Source of the DNA: Takakia lepidozioides
Lineage: Eukaryota > Plantae > Bryophyta
Assembly: GCA_030704615.1 (NCBI GenBank)
Contig: CM060732.1
Span: 80,290,001 to 80,354,000, forward strand
Direction: 5' to 3'
DNA length: 64,000 nucleotides
Position numbers and translations under genes: made by a program. Positions 38,791 to 50,632 of this stretch are shown here, piece by piece. Each line of letters starts with the position of its first letter. Within the stretch, counting starts at the first letter, position 1. The notes under the pieces are model-generated. The model saw only the letters and a list, made by a program, of their open reading frames with translations. It was not told the origin of the DNA and did no database searches.

Positions 38791-41771
38791 CTGTGGTATT
38801 AGGAATGGGTGCCTTATGTTGCTTACCAAACAAACACCCTTCGCAAAGTCTTAGGTGTGATCCATCTTCAATCTTAAACCCTGTGACAGCTTGAGCTTTT
38901 TCCATCAAATGCATTGTTTGAAAATTCAGATGCCCCAATCTCTTATGCCATATCTCTGCTGAATTTTCTTGTCCACTTAAGGATGCTTTTGCGCAATACT
39001 GTTGCACTGGTGTCAATGAGTAAAGATCCTCAACTTTATCTCATTTGATTTTTTTTTGTACAACTCCTCGAGCTGAAGTCTTCCAGGCCTCAGATGCCGT
39101 CTTTGAAGTCTTGGTGCGTCGAATGACAGAGTCTTGGAGACTCTGGGTTAGATCAGGTCTGGTTACCTACCAAGGATGGAATGAGCCTTCCCGTCCCTTT
39201 CTTTCCATTTGCTCACCTCATGTGTCTTCGAACTTCCGTCAGTTACAGGGTGCTTTCCAGCTCCCTTCGAAGTTGTCTCCGCAGGTTGCTTTTCTTCCCC
39301 TATTATGATGCTCCATAAACCTTGATGCACCAACATGTGCTGCTGCATCTTGTATTTCCAACGAGCAAAGTCTTCACCACCAAATCTATCCATGAGCCGT
39401 GGGGCAAAGGTGATCAAAGAGTGGGGCCGCTCCAAGTCAGAGATTACCCATATCGTCATGACTACAAGTAGTGTGGTGAATATGCCCGGGGTTGATCTCA
39501 TTGTGGCAAAATCCTTGGGACTTTCCCCAAAGGTGAGACGGGTGATGATGTACCAGACAGGTTGCTGGGGAGGCCCCGGGAGGGGCTGCTGCACTGAGAG
39601 TTGCCAAGGACCTTGCCGAGAACAACAAGGGTGCCCGCGTCCTGGTAATCAGCAGCGAATTGACTACGACCTTCTTCCGAGCACCCAGCGAGGAATATCT
39701 GGATGGATTAGTGGGGCAAGGATTGTTTGGGGATGGTGCAGCAGCGGTGATTGTGGGATCTGACCCAATCCCTGAAGTGGAGGGACCATTGTTCGAAATC
39801 CAATTGGCCGGTGAGATGACTGTGCCAAACACGGAAGGAGCGATTGCCGGACACCCTATGGAGGCTGGCCTGCACTTCGACATGAGGCCAGATATCCCCA
39901 AGCTGGTGTCAACGAGCATCAACGAGTTTGTGACCGAAGCAAGAACGTGGGCAGATTCCACAGAGTGTAATGATATGTTCTGGGCGGTACACCCGGGAGG
40001 TGTTGTGATCCTCAACCAAATAGAGAACCAATTGGGTTTGTTACCTGAAAAGCTAGGAGCGATCCGAGACACTCTTGCAAACTACGGCAACATGGGCAGC
40101 GCATGTGTAGTGTTTGTGCTCGTTCGCACTCGGTCACTGAAGGCAGGTGCATCAACAACAGGAGAAGGCAAGGAGTGGGGATTGCTGATCGGCATTGGTC
40201 CAGGGCTGACAATGCAAGGGTTGGTACTCCGCAGCATGCCTTCCATGTAGATTATTTCCTTGCCACTCATATCGACAATGTCAGCAATAAGTCGAGCTCC
40301 CATAGAAGTGCTGCCAGTCTTTGCATCATGTGTCTGCTGCTTTAGAACGGAGCTGCTTTTTGTGCTAGACCTCTTCATCAGCTTACACCGCGATGACACG
40401 TTTTAGAGGATCTGTTATTAAGGTCTAGATTCCTGAGTTGTGCAGTAGTATAGTTCGGCTCCAAAGTAGTTGAGGAAAGATTACTAGTAAATTATTCTTG
40501 TTCAAATTGAATTGCAAGCCAGTGACAGACTTCACTGAAGTGACCCAATTGGCTTTGAGCTGCCCCTTGGCAGGACCATGAAGCATGACCAGTTGTTACC
40601 TCTAGTTCCAACGTTTTGGGAGTTCATAAGTTCATGTACTGAGGGGGCCAGGCTCCTGTTTCTAATACACATTTGGATGCTTTCAGTGCTCATGTACATT
40701 TTGTCAACTGGCTTGGAAAATCCATTCTTTAACCTGTAGAACTTATTCATGAATGACTATACGTCGTTTTCCCTTCCTGCAGCTTACAGTAGTCTGCAGG
40801 TTTCCAGGAAACTCCAGCTAAGTAGTACACTCTTCCACCTCTAGATTCGATTCGGCTCTATATGGACAGTCGGTCACAATTTTTAGCTTAATCTCTGAGT
40901 CCAATGATGAGCTATTGACCCTGTCAGACAACGGACAACGTCAACATATGTCCGTTGTTGACAATTCGTTGATGAGCTATTGTCCCAGTAGTCTACTCTC
41001 CTTGGTTACGAAGCGTTGTCTTCCTCTATCAGCCTACATGGCACTCGGATTGAGGTAATTTTTTCCCTCAGCTGTTGGTATTTCTGGACTTCTTGTCCTT
41101 ATTTATGAAGTTTCGAGGCCTCCGTCCCTCTTATATATATATATATATATTTTAAAAAAGAGAATCAAAGATGTGGCACTCAGTCTCATGACCATAGTTT
41201 TGCTAAAAGTAGTCTCCTACATTTTTCAGTTGTCACTAGAGCTACAAAAGAATGCTCAGGAGGTCTGGAGTTCAACTCCTGGATCTACTGACATCACTCA
41301 ACATCAAGTGCTTGTGGCTGTCACATTCTAGGCCACCGCCCAATCCTGGCCTTGTCAGCAGAGGTATTAGTCCATGGTCCATTTTCAGGCCCCACCTGCT
41401 TTTCCTTAGGCTACATAATTTTCAATTGATGTAAGTAGTGCCTCTATTCACGGAGGTGGTGGGTCTTGAATCCATGGCTGTCGTGGGGTGTTGCATGCCA
41501 AGTCAAGCTGCTGCTGAGGTGCTGAGAGCTGATGGGTCCTACGATACAAAATACAAGCGGATCACAGAAGGAATCTCGAGCAACATAGACAAGCGACACC
41601 TTTTCCTTCGGGTTCGGGTTGGCTTTCCAGAGTGAGAAGCGCATTCACCGTCTCTCTTGTGTGAGAATGAAGTGGACTATCCAAACCCCAACCATTGCAG
41701 TTCTAGCCCCCCCAACGCAGATGGAGCGCAGACGATCACTCGTAATTGAGTGCTGAATTCTCCTCGTCTGA

Positions 41772-44463
41772 ATGGCGGAGCTGATCGCTGCCGATTCCAG
41801 GGGTGCCAGACTGGTGGCACGGTTACGGGATCGTGTGAGGTTGAATTTGAAGTTGGACAATGCTTGGGAGGAGGTGAGCGGAGCAGTAGGCGATTTGGGC
41901 ACGTTCGTGCCAATTGTGCTGGCACTCACTCTTGTCAACGGGCTTGACCTCGGCACGACCCTTCTCTTCACTGGTGCCTACAATGTTGTCACAGGTGGGA
42001 TTCTCTAGCTTACAGATTAAAGTCCAATTGCTGGTTTGCTACGATGCGGGAATTATCTTTGCATTGGCCAATCTGAAAGGACCCTCTGCCAGAGCTCTGC
42101 CATTGTGTTATCTATATTATTTAGAGACTTTTCTCCACGATATCTTTACCTGACGTGCATAATTAGTCGTTCAGGAAATGTGACAGTACAGGTTCAGAAA
42201 ATGGAGTCAGCCAAATTCTGACCAACGGTTGCTGTAAGACTCCGAGTGTCACAAACATTCAAGTGAATTCAAGTGATATCGCCACTCTGTGCAATTGTAC
42301 AGTGCAAGGATTTTACATGTCATGGGTCTTGGCAGACACTTGTCGTTGCTGTGATCCTGGGCACCCTTCTTAGCTGGGTCTTCAAGGGGGACTTGCCGTG
42401 TTGTTGCTCTAAATTGTTGCTCCATGTAACTGAGCAGTAGTTTGGATGTGGCTACTGCTCTGCTATCCACATTTCTCTCTGTCTGTGTCTTCTGCCCTTT
42501 CTGTAGCACAGTGTCAATGCCAGTGTCGTAGATGTGACAGTTTGGGGGCTAGAGCAGCAGTTCTGGGAGCAACGTGTATTTTGTAGTATTTTGGCTATAC
42601 CAGCCGGACCATTAACACTGGTGGGCAGAAACCCCACAAACGGTTATGTGCACCGTTCTTTTGGGGGTCTTCAGGGGGTTTTGTAGTGTTACTGGGGGTG
42701 CTGCTTTGTTGGTAATAACCTGCTGATGAGTTTAGAAACCCGTGATTGGGAAACATTGAGGTGAAATATGTTTACAAGATCAATATGAAAGCATAATAAA
42801 ATCTCATGGCTGTTGGGATGGGGACCTTTTGCAAAGCTTTTGAGTAAGAGTGTGTAATTTGGTGGAAGTCCTGGCAAGTGTAGGCTATAATTCATACTAT
42901 CAGGCTTATCATACAGACTGAATCTGTCGTTTGTCTTGCACAGGCCTGCTGTTTGGGGTGCCAATGCCAGTGCAGCCGATGAAGGCGATTGCCGCTGTTG
43001 CTATTACTGAGGGGGATCCACTCACAGTGCCTCAGATAATGGCAGCTGGGATTACAACAGCCCTTGTATTGGTGGGGCTAGGTATCACTGGGCTCATGAG
43101 TGTGGTAAACCGCTTTGTACCTCTTCCAGTTGTGAGGGGCGTACAGTTGTCACAAGGCATATCATTTGGTATGACAGCCGTGAATTACATTCTGAAGAAC
43201 CAGAATTTTAACAAGGGGAAGAAGGCAACTGGTAACCGAGCTTGGCTGGTTACTGATGGGCGTCTGCTTGCTCTCTTTGCATTACTTTTTGTGGTCTTTG
43301 TTAATGGCTCAGGTGGAGGCATGGAGAAACAGTGTTGTGGAGTTGGAGTCCAGTCTCATAAGGACGAAGAGGATCTGTTGGAAGCAGAAATGGAGATGCA
43401 GGAGAGGAAACAAGGGGCAAGTGAGACAAAAGATGTCAAGAAGCCGTGGCGGTCATTTGCCATCCCAACAGCACTGATCCTGTTTGTTCTAGGATTGATT
43501 CTTGCTTTGGGTCGAGACCCCAGTGTTTTACGAAAGCTTCGTGTTGGGCCCTCAACCCCTCATCTTGTGAGCATATCCCGCAAAGATTGGAAGATTGGGT
43601 TTGTGAAGGCAGCCATCCCACAGATCCCTCTTTCTGTCCTCAACTCCGTCATAGCTGTCTGCAAGCTCTCAAAAGACTTGTTCCCTAAAAAGGAGGCTGT
43701 GACACCTTTCAGAGTCTCAGTAAGTGCATTTCATCCCTTCTTACAAGAACATTGTTTCTTATGAGAAGAATCAAAACTTTATTTTGCCAGAACCTTTGGT
43801 AGTCTTGAAAGACTGACAGTCTCTGGCTTCTCAGATTGTAGCCATACATGGCAAAGTGCTGGCAAGTAGTAGATGCACTTCATGTGGCAAACATAACATG
43901 AGGAGTCACTTTATTGTGTGTGCTCTCTGTGTAGGTGAGTAATGAACTTGGTGGGTTGTTGGTGGGGAGCGATGCCTGTCTGCCATGGAGCTGGAGGACT
44001 GGCTGGTCAGTACAGATTTGGCGCAAGAAGTGGGATCTCTGTGGTTTTCCTGGGCTCCTTTAAGATAGTTGTTGGCCTTCTTGTGGGCACCTCTCTTGTA
44101 CAGATTTTAGCTAAATATCCCATTGGGCTTCTTAGTGTGCTTTTGCTATTTTCAGGCCTGGAATTGGCAATGGCCTGCAGAGACCAGAACTCCAGAACAG
44201 GAGCGTTTGTTATGCTTGCAGTCACTATGATATCTCTGACAAACTCAAGTTCTACACTTGGATTTGTGTCTGGCCTGGTACTGGCTGTGTCGCTAAAGCT
44301 TCGAGAGAGAGTATTCTGGGACTGGCTTTGGACTGCTGTGTCCTGGCGCAGGTCGGAAGAAAGCCTAGCTCCAACATCCAGTAACAACAACGAACTTCAC
44401 ATTTTACATAATACAGTTTGCTTGTCAGAGATTGCAGTGCCCTCTCCAATAGAAAATGTATGA
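41772..44463 (+). CDS. Molybdate transporter (MOT1/MOT2 family), 3 exons, apparent frameshift at start of exon 3
   Basis: Exons 41772-41994, 42944-43719 and 43935-44463. Motifs GAVGDLGTF, PMPVQPMKAIAAVA, PQIPLSVLNSVIAVC and MPVCHGAGGLAGQYRFG. The canonical splice puts exon 3 out of frame. Confidence 0.88.
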
Positions 44464-46011
44464 TCTATGTACCAACAACTTTCTGGTGCAAAATGGACTA
44501 TGATGAGGTGGTTGGGTCACATGTGACACAATAATTGGATGAGTAAGTATGACATTGTACAGATCGCAAGCTTTGCCTCATGTCCAATGAACTTTGCTTC
44601 ATTTCCAATAAACTTTGTCCCATTTCCAATAAATAGTGGCTCACTCATGGTTAATGAGACGTGGTTTAGTGATGCATGATTTAATGGTCTAATGGCGCAA
44701 ATCACATGGAAAATATCTTACACCAGAAGGTTCCACGACAATGTTCCTGAGAACCTGTGTAGGATTTAGGGAAAGGCTGAGGAAATGCCCAGCAATTCTT
44801 CTAGCATGTAAGTTGATGTGCTATCCTAGTAGATTGTAGAGAGGAGAAGTCCAGCATCTACAGTCACTCTATTAGCTTTCTTTTGTAGTAGGGTAGGGAG
44901 CAAGGAGTCAGTTTTCTGATCTTGTTAGTACTAACTAATTTCTGTATTATTCAGCTGTCAAGCTTTTGTACTGCTGCTTGTGGATAGAAGCTTCACGTCA
45001 ATATCTCTAGAGTGAGGACAGGTCTAGTGAGCAAAATCTATCCTCTAGTTAGATAGACAGGAGCCAAGTCGCTGCTGCATTGAGATCATCAAGGGGTTTG
45101 AAAGATCAGTGGATATATTGAGGTTTAAGATCTGCAGTCATTCTCCTGCAGCCACAGTTATTTATAAGAAGCTTCTTGCTTTACAGTAGCAAAGCGTTGT
45201 TGATACATTGGACTTTCCATACACGAAGCTAAATTAGTAAGAATGGTAATTTCCACATTAGTTGTTATAAATCCAGAGTCTACCCAAGGATTACTAATGT
45301 CTGCAAGTCATGCTTTTCTCCTTACAGTTTTTACCTACCTGTGAAGATGATGCCTTCACCAGTTAATAGAAGAGAACTCACAGTGCAAAAGCCACGAAAG
45401 CATATAAGTGGCACTGGATCCATCTTTATCCAAGACTCCTATAAGTTCAGGACTGAACTAGAATGGAGAATGGGCTGTATGAGAAAAGTAGACATGCGTA
45501 TGGTCGAATGATACTGGTTCATTAGAGAGCCTTCCTAGAGATCCCACAAATGCTCAGAAAAAATTGTGGGGTAGCAACTGATTGGAACATACCTGTCTTA
45601 ATTGGGGTGTAGAACATGACGCATATCAGCCCTCCCACACAGCAGCCCTGGGCGCTAGTCTTTCTTCGAGACTCAGTGCAGTCCAACCACAGCCACTCGT
45701 CACATCTGCAACCAAACTGGAGCTTAAGAACCAGTGCAGACATGCACATTCTGCTATCTAGCATGATCTAGGCCACTGTATAACAGTAATGCCTATAACC
45801 AAATTAAAGTTGGTTTGGAGCATATCCTAATATTTCCACCTCCTGGTGGGTACACCCCACAGTTGGCTCTTGGAGGGTGGATATGCTATGGGGGAATGTC
45901 CTCAACAGTAAGTCATAACCAACATTCCCAGGAAAGGTGAAATGAACCAAGCAGCTCCATATTCTTAATAATGAAGCCCCAAACTCACATCTTGAGCAAA
46001 AAAACATTGTT

Positions 46012-48852
46012 TCACCAGTAATCCCCACAAGAACAAACGCCATCTTGGAAGTGGTGAAAGCGGTTCGCATCCCGCACAACAATAGTTCGACCAACAATCT
46101 TGGAGATGAACTTGGTGGCCATGTGGCAGTCACCACACACCCGAAGATTCTTGATGACATGTACAGGCAACCCAGGGACTGTGCTTATCAGCCCAAAAGC
46201 AATGGCCAGCTTCTCACTGTGGTGGCAAAGAGAAAATTCCTTTTGGTCCTCCTCCACATCATGCAATACAAAGTGCGTGTCAGGAATATACCCTGCTTCC
46301 TTCATCTGCCCAGACAATCTTTTCAGCTCAGCATGGATTTCTTCAATCTGTGGACCAACCTGGCTCCTTTCTGACATCTCGAACCTTCATCATTTTTCTC
46401 ACTTTTGCAGTATCATTCCACCTACCAGCTGCGGCATAAATGTTTGATAGAAGCACATAGGTTGCAGCATCCTGTTGATCACATGTGAGGATAGATTTTG
46501 CTGCACATTCTGCCACCCCCACATTGCCATGAATTCTGCATGCACCAAGCAAGGCTTTCCACACCGCAGCATGTGGTTTGCCTGGCATTTTGTTAATAAA
46601 GTCCTCTGCCTCCACCAATTGTCCCGCGCGGCCGAGAAGGTCCACCATGCAGCCAAAAATCTCCACTGTAGGAGTGAGGCCATGATCTTGACTCATGGAA
46701 TCAAAATAGTGTCTGCCTTCATCCACTAGGCCCCCATGGCTACATGCAGAGAGAACACCTATAAAAGTGATAGTATTTGGCTTCACACCTTCCTCTTGCA
46801 TTCCTTCAATTAGTTGCAGGGCCTCCTTACGACAACCATGCTGAGCATATCCTGCGATCATCGCGTTCCATGAAACCACATCTCGTTTAGCCATATTGTC
46901 AAACACTTTCTTAGCATCGTCAATGCTCCCGCATTTGGCATACATATCCACAAGGGCATTCTCCAGAATGATATTGGGTACAATTCCAGTTTTCATGATG
47001 TCAGCATGGATTCTTTTGCCCTTTTCCAGAGCTGCAAGACTGGCACACGCATTGCCAACACAAACAAATGTGACCTGGTTGGGTTTTACCCTTTCCCTCA
47101 TCATTTGTTCATACATGTTCAAAGCCTCCATGCCACACCCATGCTGGGCATATCCTGTGATCATCGCATTCCATGAGACCACATCTCGTTTAGTCATATT
47201 GTCGAACACTTCTTTTGCATCCTTGATACTCCCACATTTCGCATACATGTCGATGAGGGTAGTGTCCAAGACGATATTTGGCACAATTCCAGCTTTCATG
47301 ATGTTAACATACACCTCTTTGGCCTTTTCCAGGGCCCCCAGGCTTGCACATGCAACGCAAATGCAGACAAACGTGACCTGGTTGGACTTCACCCCTTCCT
47401 GCATCATTTGATCGTAGGTCTCCAAAGCCTCCTTCCCACACCCATTCTGGGCATATCCTGCGATCATCGCATTCCATGAAACCACATCTCGTTCAGCCAT
47501 ATTGTCAAACACTCCTTTTGCGTCCTCAATGCTCCCACATTTGGCATACATGTCCAGGAGGGTATTGTCCAGAATGATATCTGGTACAATTCCAGCTTTC
47601 ATGATGTCAGCATGCACCTCTTTGCCCTTTTGTAAGGCTGTCAGGCTGGCACATGCATTGCAAACGCAAACAAATGTGACATGGTTGGGCTTCACTCCTT
47701 CCCACATCATTTGCTCATAGGTCTCCAAAGCTTGCATCCCACACCCATGCTGGGCATAACCTGTGATCATCGCATTCCAAGAGACCACATTTCGTTGAGC
47801 CATATTGTCAAACACTACCTTTGCATCCTCAATGCTCCCACATTTCGCATACATGGCCACCAGCGTATTGGCCAAAATAATATCTGGTACAATTCCCACT
47901 TTGATAATGTCAGCATTTACCTCTTTGGCCTTTTGCAGGGCTGCCAGGCAAGCACACGCATTGCAAACACCAACGAACGTCACCTGGTTGGGCTTCACCC
48001 CTTCCAGCATCATTTGCTCATATGTCTCCAAAGCCTTCATCCCACACCCATTCTGGGAATATCCTGCAATCATTGCATTCCATGACACCACATCTTTTTC
48101 AGCCATATCGTCAAATACTCGCTTTGCATCCTCAGTGCTACCACATTTGGCATACATGTCCACCAGGGTATTGTCCAAGAGAACATTTGGCACAATTCCA
48201 GCTTTCATGATATCAGCATGTACATCTTTGCCCTTTCTCAGGACTGCCAGGCTGGCACATGCCTTGAGAACGCAAATGAATGTGACCTGATTGGGTATAA
48301 ACCCATTCAGCATCATCTGTTCATAGGTCTCGAGGGCCTCCCTACAATATCCCTGCTTGGCATATCCTGCTATCATAATATTCCACGTGATCAAACTTTG
48401 TGCGGGCATTTGGTCAAACACTAGACGTGCTTCCAAAACACTCCCACACTTGGCATGCATGTTGATGAGGGTGTTGTATAGAAAGATGTCTGGCTTTGAT
48501 CCACTTTGGATGATGTGGGCATGGACCTGCTTTCCCTCTGGTAGACCTTTCGTTTTGATGCACTCCTGCAGAAGACACACATACGTTTTGGAGTCTGGCG
48601 AAATACCTCCTTGATTCAGAGCCTGCAATGCCTCTTTCAGTTGTCCTGCCTTACACAGTGTCCTCACCTTTCCACATCTTTGAAAAGAGGCCATCACGGG
48701 GGGGGGCGCCTGACTCACGCAATTGTGCTGCCGCAGCTAGCAGCGTAACCTCGGGGAGGTTTGTTAGGGCATCCCAAAGTGCAAAGTAAAGATGTGGAGA
48801 TTGTACTTACCGCCATGGCTGCTCCTTCTCCAACATTTGCAAGCCCTGCCAT
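46012..48852 (-). CDS. PLS-class PPR protein with E and DYW domains (organellar C-to-U editing factor); DYW out of frame
   Basis: About 20 P/L/S motifs in 101-aa triplets, E1/E2, then KEPGWS and a stop at 46343. The DYW domain (HSEKLA, CGDCH, CSCGDYW) lies in another frame at 46012-46352. A probable short first exon 48852-48811 and a 74-bp GT-AG intron join in frame at 48736. Confidence 0.9.
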
Positions 48853-49230
48853 GGCTCCTCTTTCTCCAACCTTTTCAACTTACGCTGCCGCCTTCCAGTC
48901 TGGAGTTCTGAAGCTGTCGTGAGCCCGATTAGGTCAGATTAGCTTGTCCACTGAACACCCAATTCACCGAATTCAATTCATGTTTCTTCCTGGCCTGCCT
49001 AGTATGGCGATTTGGAGGAGGAGGATCTATCATTTTCGATTCAAGGTACCGCTTCCATCACTTGCTTTCACAGATGCTTCCTACAAAGAGCCACAGATAG
49101 TAACGGACCATCCCTCTGTAAAGGGCTAAGTAGACTCGGAACTCTCAAGAGCTGCCATCGCCAAGCATAGTGTTTGTGCTGCTCGTATGAGCTGAAGACT
49201 CCTGTATTTCAGTCACTTTCGTTCGTTTGC

Positions 49231-49530
49231 TGCGCGTTTCGTTCGTCCGGTGCGGGATGCAGAACCGCACACGGAAATGGGTGTTGCCCTCACCAGACGC
49301 CAGACCTCTAATTCTGTCGTTCGTGGGGTGCGCGTTTCGTTCGTCCGGTCCGGGCTTCAGAGCCACACACGGAAATGGGTGCTACCCTCACCTGACGCCA
49401 GACCTCTAACTCTGTCGTTTCGTTCGTCCGGTACGGGATTCAGTGCCGTACACGGAAATGGGTGTTGCCCTCACCTGACGCCAGACCTCAAATTCTGTCG
49501 TTCGTTTGGTGCGAGTTTCGTTCGTCCGAT
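49231..49530. repeat. Tandem repeat, ~3.2 copies of an ~85-98-bp unit
   Basis: gtttcgttcgtccggt...cacggaaatgggtg...ccctcac..gacgccagacctc recurs at ~49231, 49329, 49416 and (partial) 49510. Confidence 0.85.
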
Positions 49531-50632
49531 ACTCACTTAAACTTTGATTAGCTTTGTAATAGGGTCTGTGCAATCTGCAGATTCTTCACTCACTGCATCA
49601 AATGCAGCTTTCATTTTCTACACAGCGGGTTAAGTTCTGCAGCGAAGTCAGAAGACTGGTAGAAGTTGACGATTATGCTATCTATCTCTTGCGTGATACT
49701 GGCCTGAATTTCTGTGGCAAGAGCAGCAAGCACATTGTGTTCAGTTCCATGTAACGGAAGAGAGCTTTGGCACCCATCTTTTTGATCTCCAAAGACTCGA
49801 GCTGGCATGCACTATAACTCTACAGCTTGATCATTCGATACCATATGGTAGTTCCTGTGACACTCACAACGCGGCCCTGGCAAGGCCTTATCCTACACAA
49901 ACGGCACTAACGGATCTGTGCTGCAGCATGTGTGAACCTCCTTAAGTAGTAACTCCAGCTAGCTTTGCTCCTTGTTCTTCCTAATGTGCGGAGTGAATAA
50001 GAAGCCTAATTACACAAATCGGTCTCAACATTTGATCTCGATGTATGGCGTTTTGGTCAATACATGAGTGTTGACTTTATGATACCTGGGAGATTTTCAG
50101 AGACAATTGCTCGAACTACCCAAGCGATGTATATGCCCAAATCAGGGATGAAGGCGGACGTTGCCCAAAACCAAACTTTGATAGGGCTCTTGATATCGGC
50201 AGTTGACATGACAGTCATGAAAACTCATTGACAATACTGCTACAAAAACGTGCTTGTAAGCGGATTTAGGCAGCAACCTTTGATTATGAGAGTTTTTCGT
50301 TGAATGAATGTGCTGTGAGACAGAGATTGGAGTTCCTATAGAACGCACGGTTTCAGAATTTATAGCACCAGAGAATGGTGTTGAGAGATCTGTAATGTAA
50401 AATTTGAAGTAGCAGAGTGCATTTGCTCCGCATTTCCGTATAATTTTGTGACTTGTCTGCTACACTGATTACGCTCGGCTAGCTTTTCTCTCAGGAGCTG
50501 CTGTATGTACATATGTACGTTTCAAGCACTACAATTTTGTAAGCGAATCATTGGAAGATCTAGATTCTGATTTGATAGCTTCCAGAGCGAAAATTCTTTG
50601 CAAGTTCCTCCCTCATCAGAGTTGTGGACCTT

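Larger units (their letters stand above)
29110..39393 (-). mobile_element. Ty1/Copia LTR retrotransposon, degenerate, inserted antisense in the PKS intron and itself interrupted
   Basis: gag start MDRFGGEDFARWKYKM (~39393), GAG-pre-integrase WHKRLGH...CEGCLFGK (38729-39016), post-integrase YSEEAKGY (31329-31637), RT with KARL, LYGLKQ and LYVDD (30158-31111), RNase H GYCDSDYAG...SSTEAEY (29547-30149). PPT then TGTTAG LTR start at 29539. The 5' LTR and integrase core are absent. The left boundary is approximate. Confidence 0.9.
28881..40250 (+). pseudogene. Chalcone-synthase-family type III polyketide synthase, disrupted
   Basis: Exon 1 (28881-29079, MASNGH...[11 protein letters not shown]...KFKHIC) ends at the conserved CHS T/GT Cys intron. 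The remainder (~39400-40250) has IKEWG, YQTGC(W)GG (catalytic Cys), LFGDGA, HPGG, YGNM and GIGPG. The intron acceptor and ~50 codons of exon 2 are missing, and there is a +10 frameshift at 39567-39584. Confidence 0.9.

Noticed and set aside
39163-39763. Apparent gag-PKS fusion ORFs on both strands
   Set aside because: These are artefacts of the deletion junction between antisense Copia gag and PKS exon 2.
46012-46380. U-to-C (DYW:KP/GRP-type) editing factor
   Set aside because: The remaining sequence has a PG box start, HSEKLA and a DYW end, which is the canonical C-to-U type.
46399-48614. Long plus-strand ORFs with repeats
   Set aside because: Antisense shadows of the PPR array.
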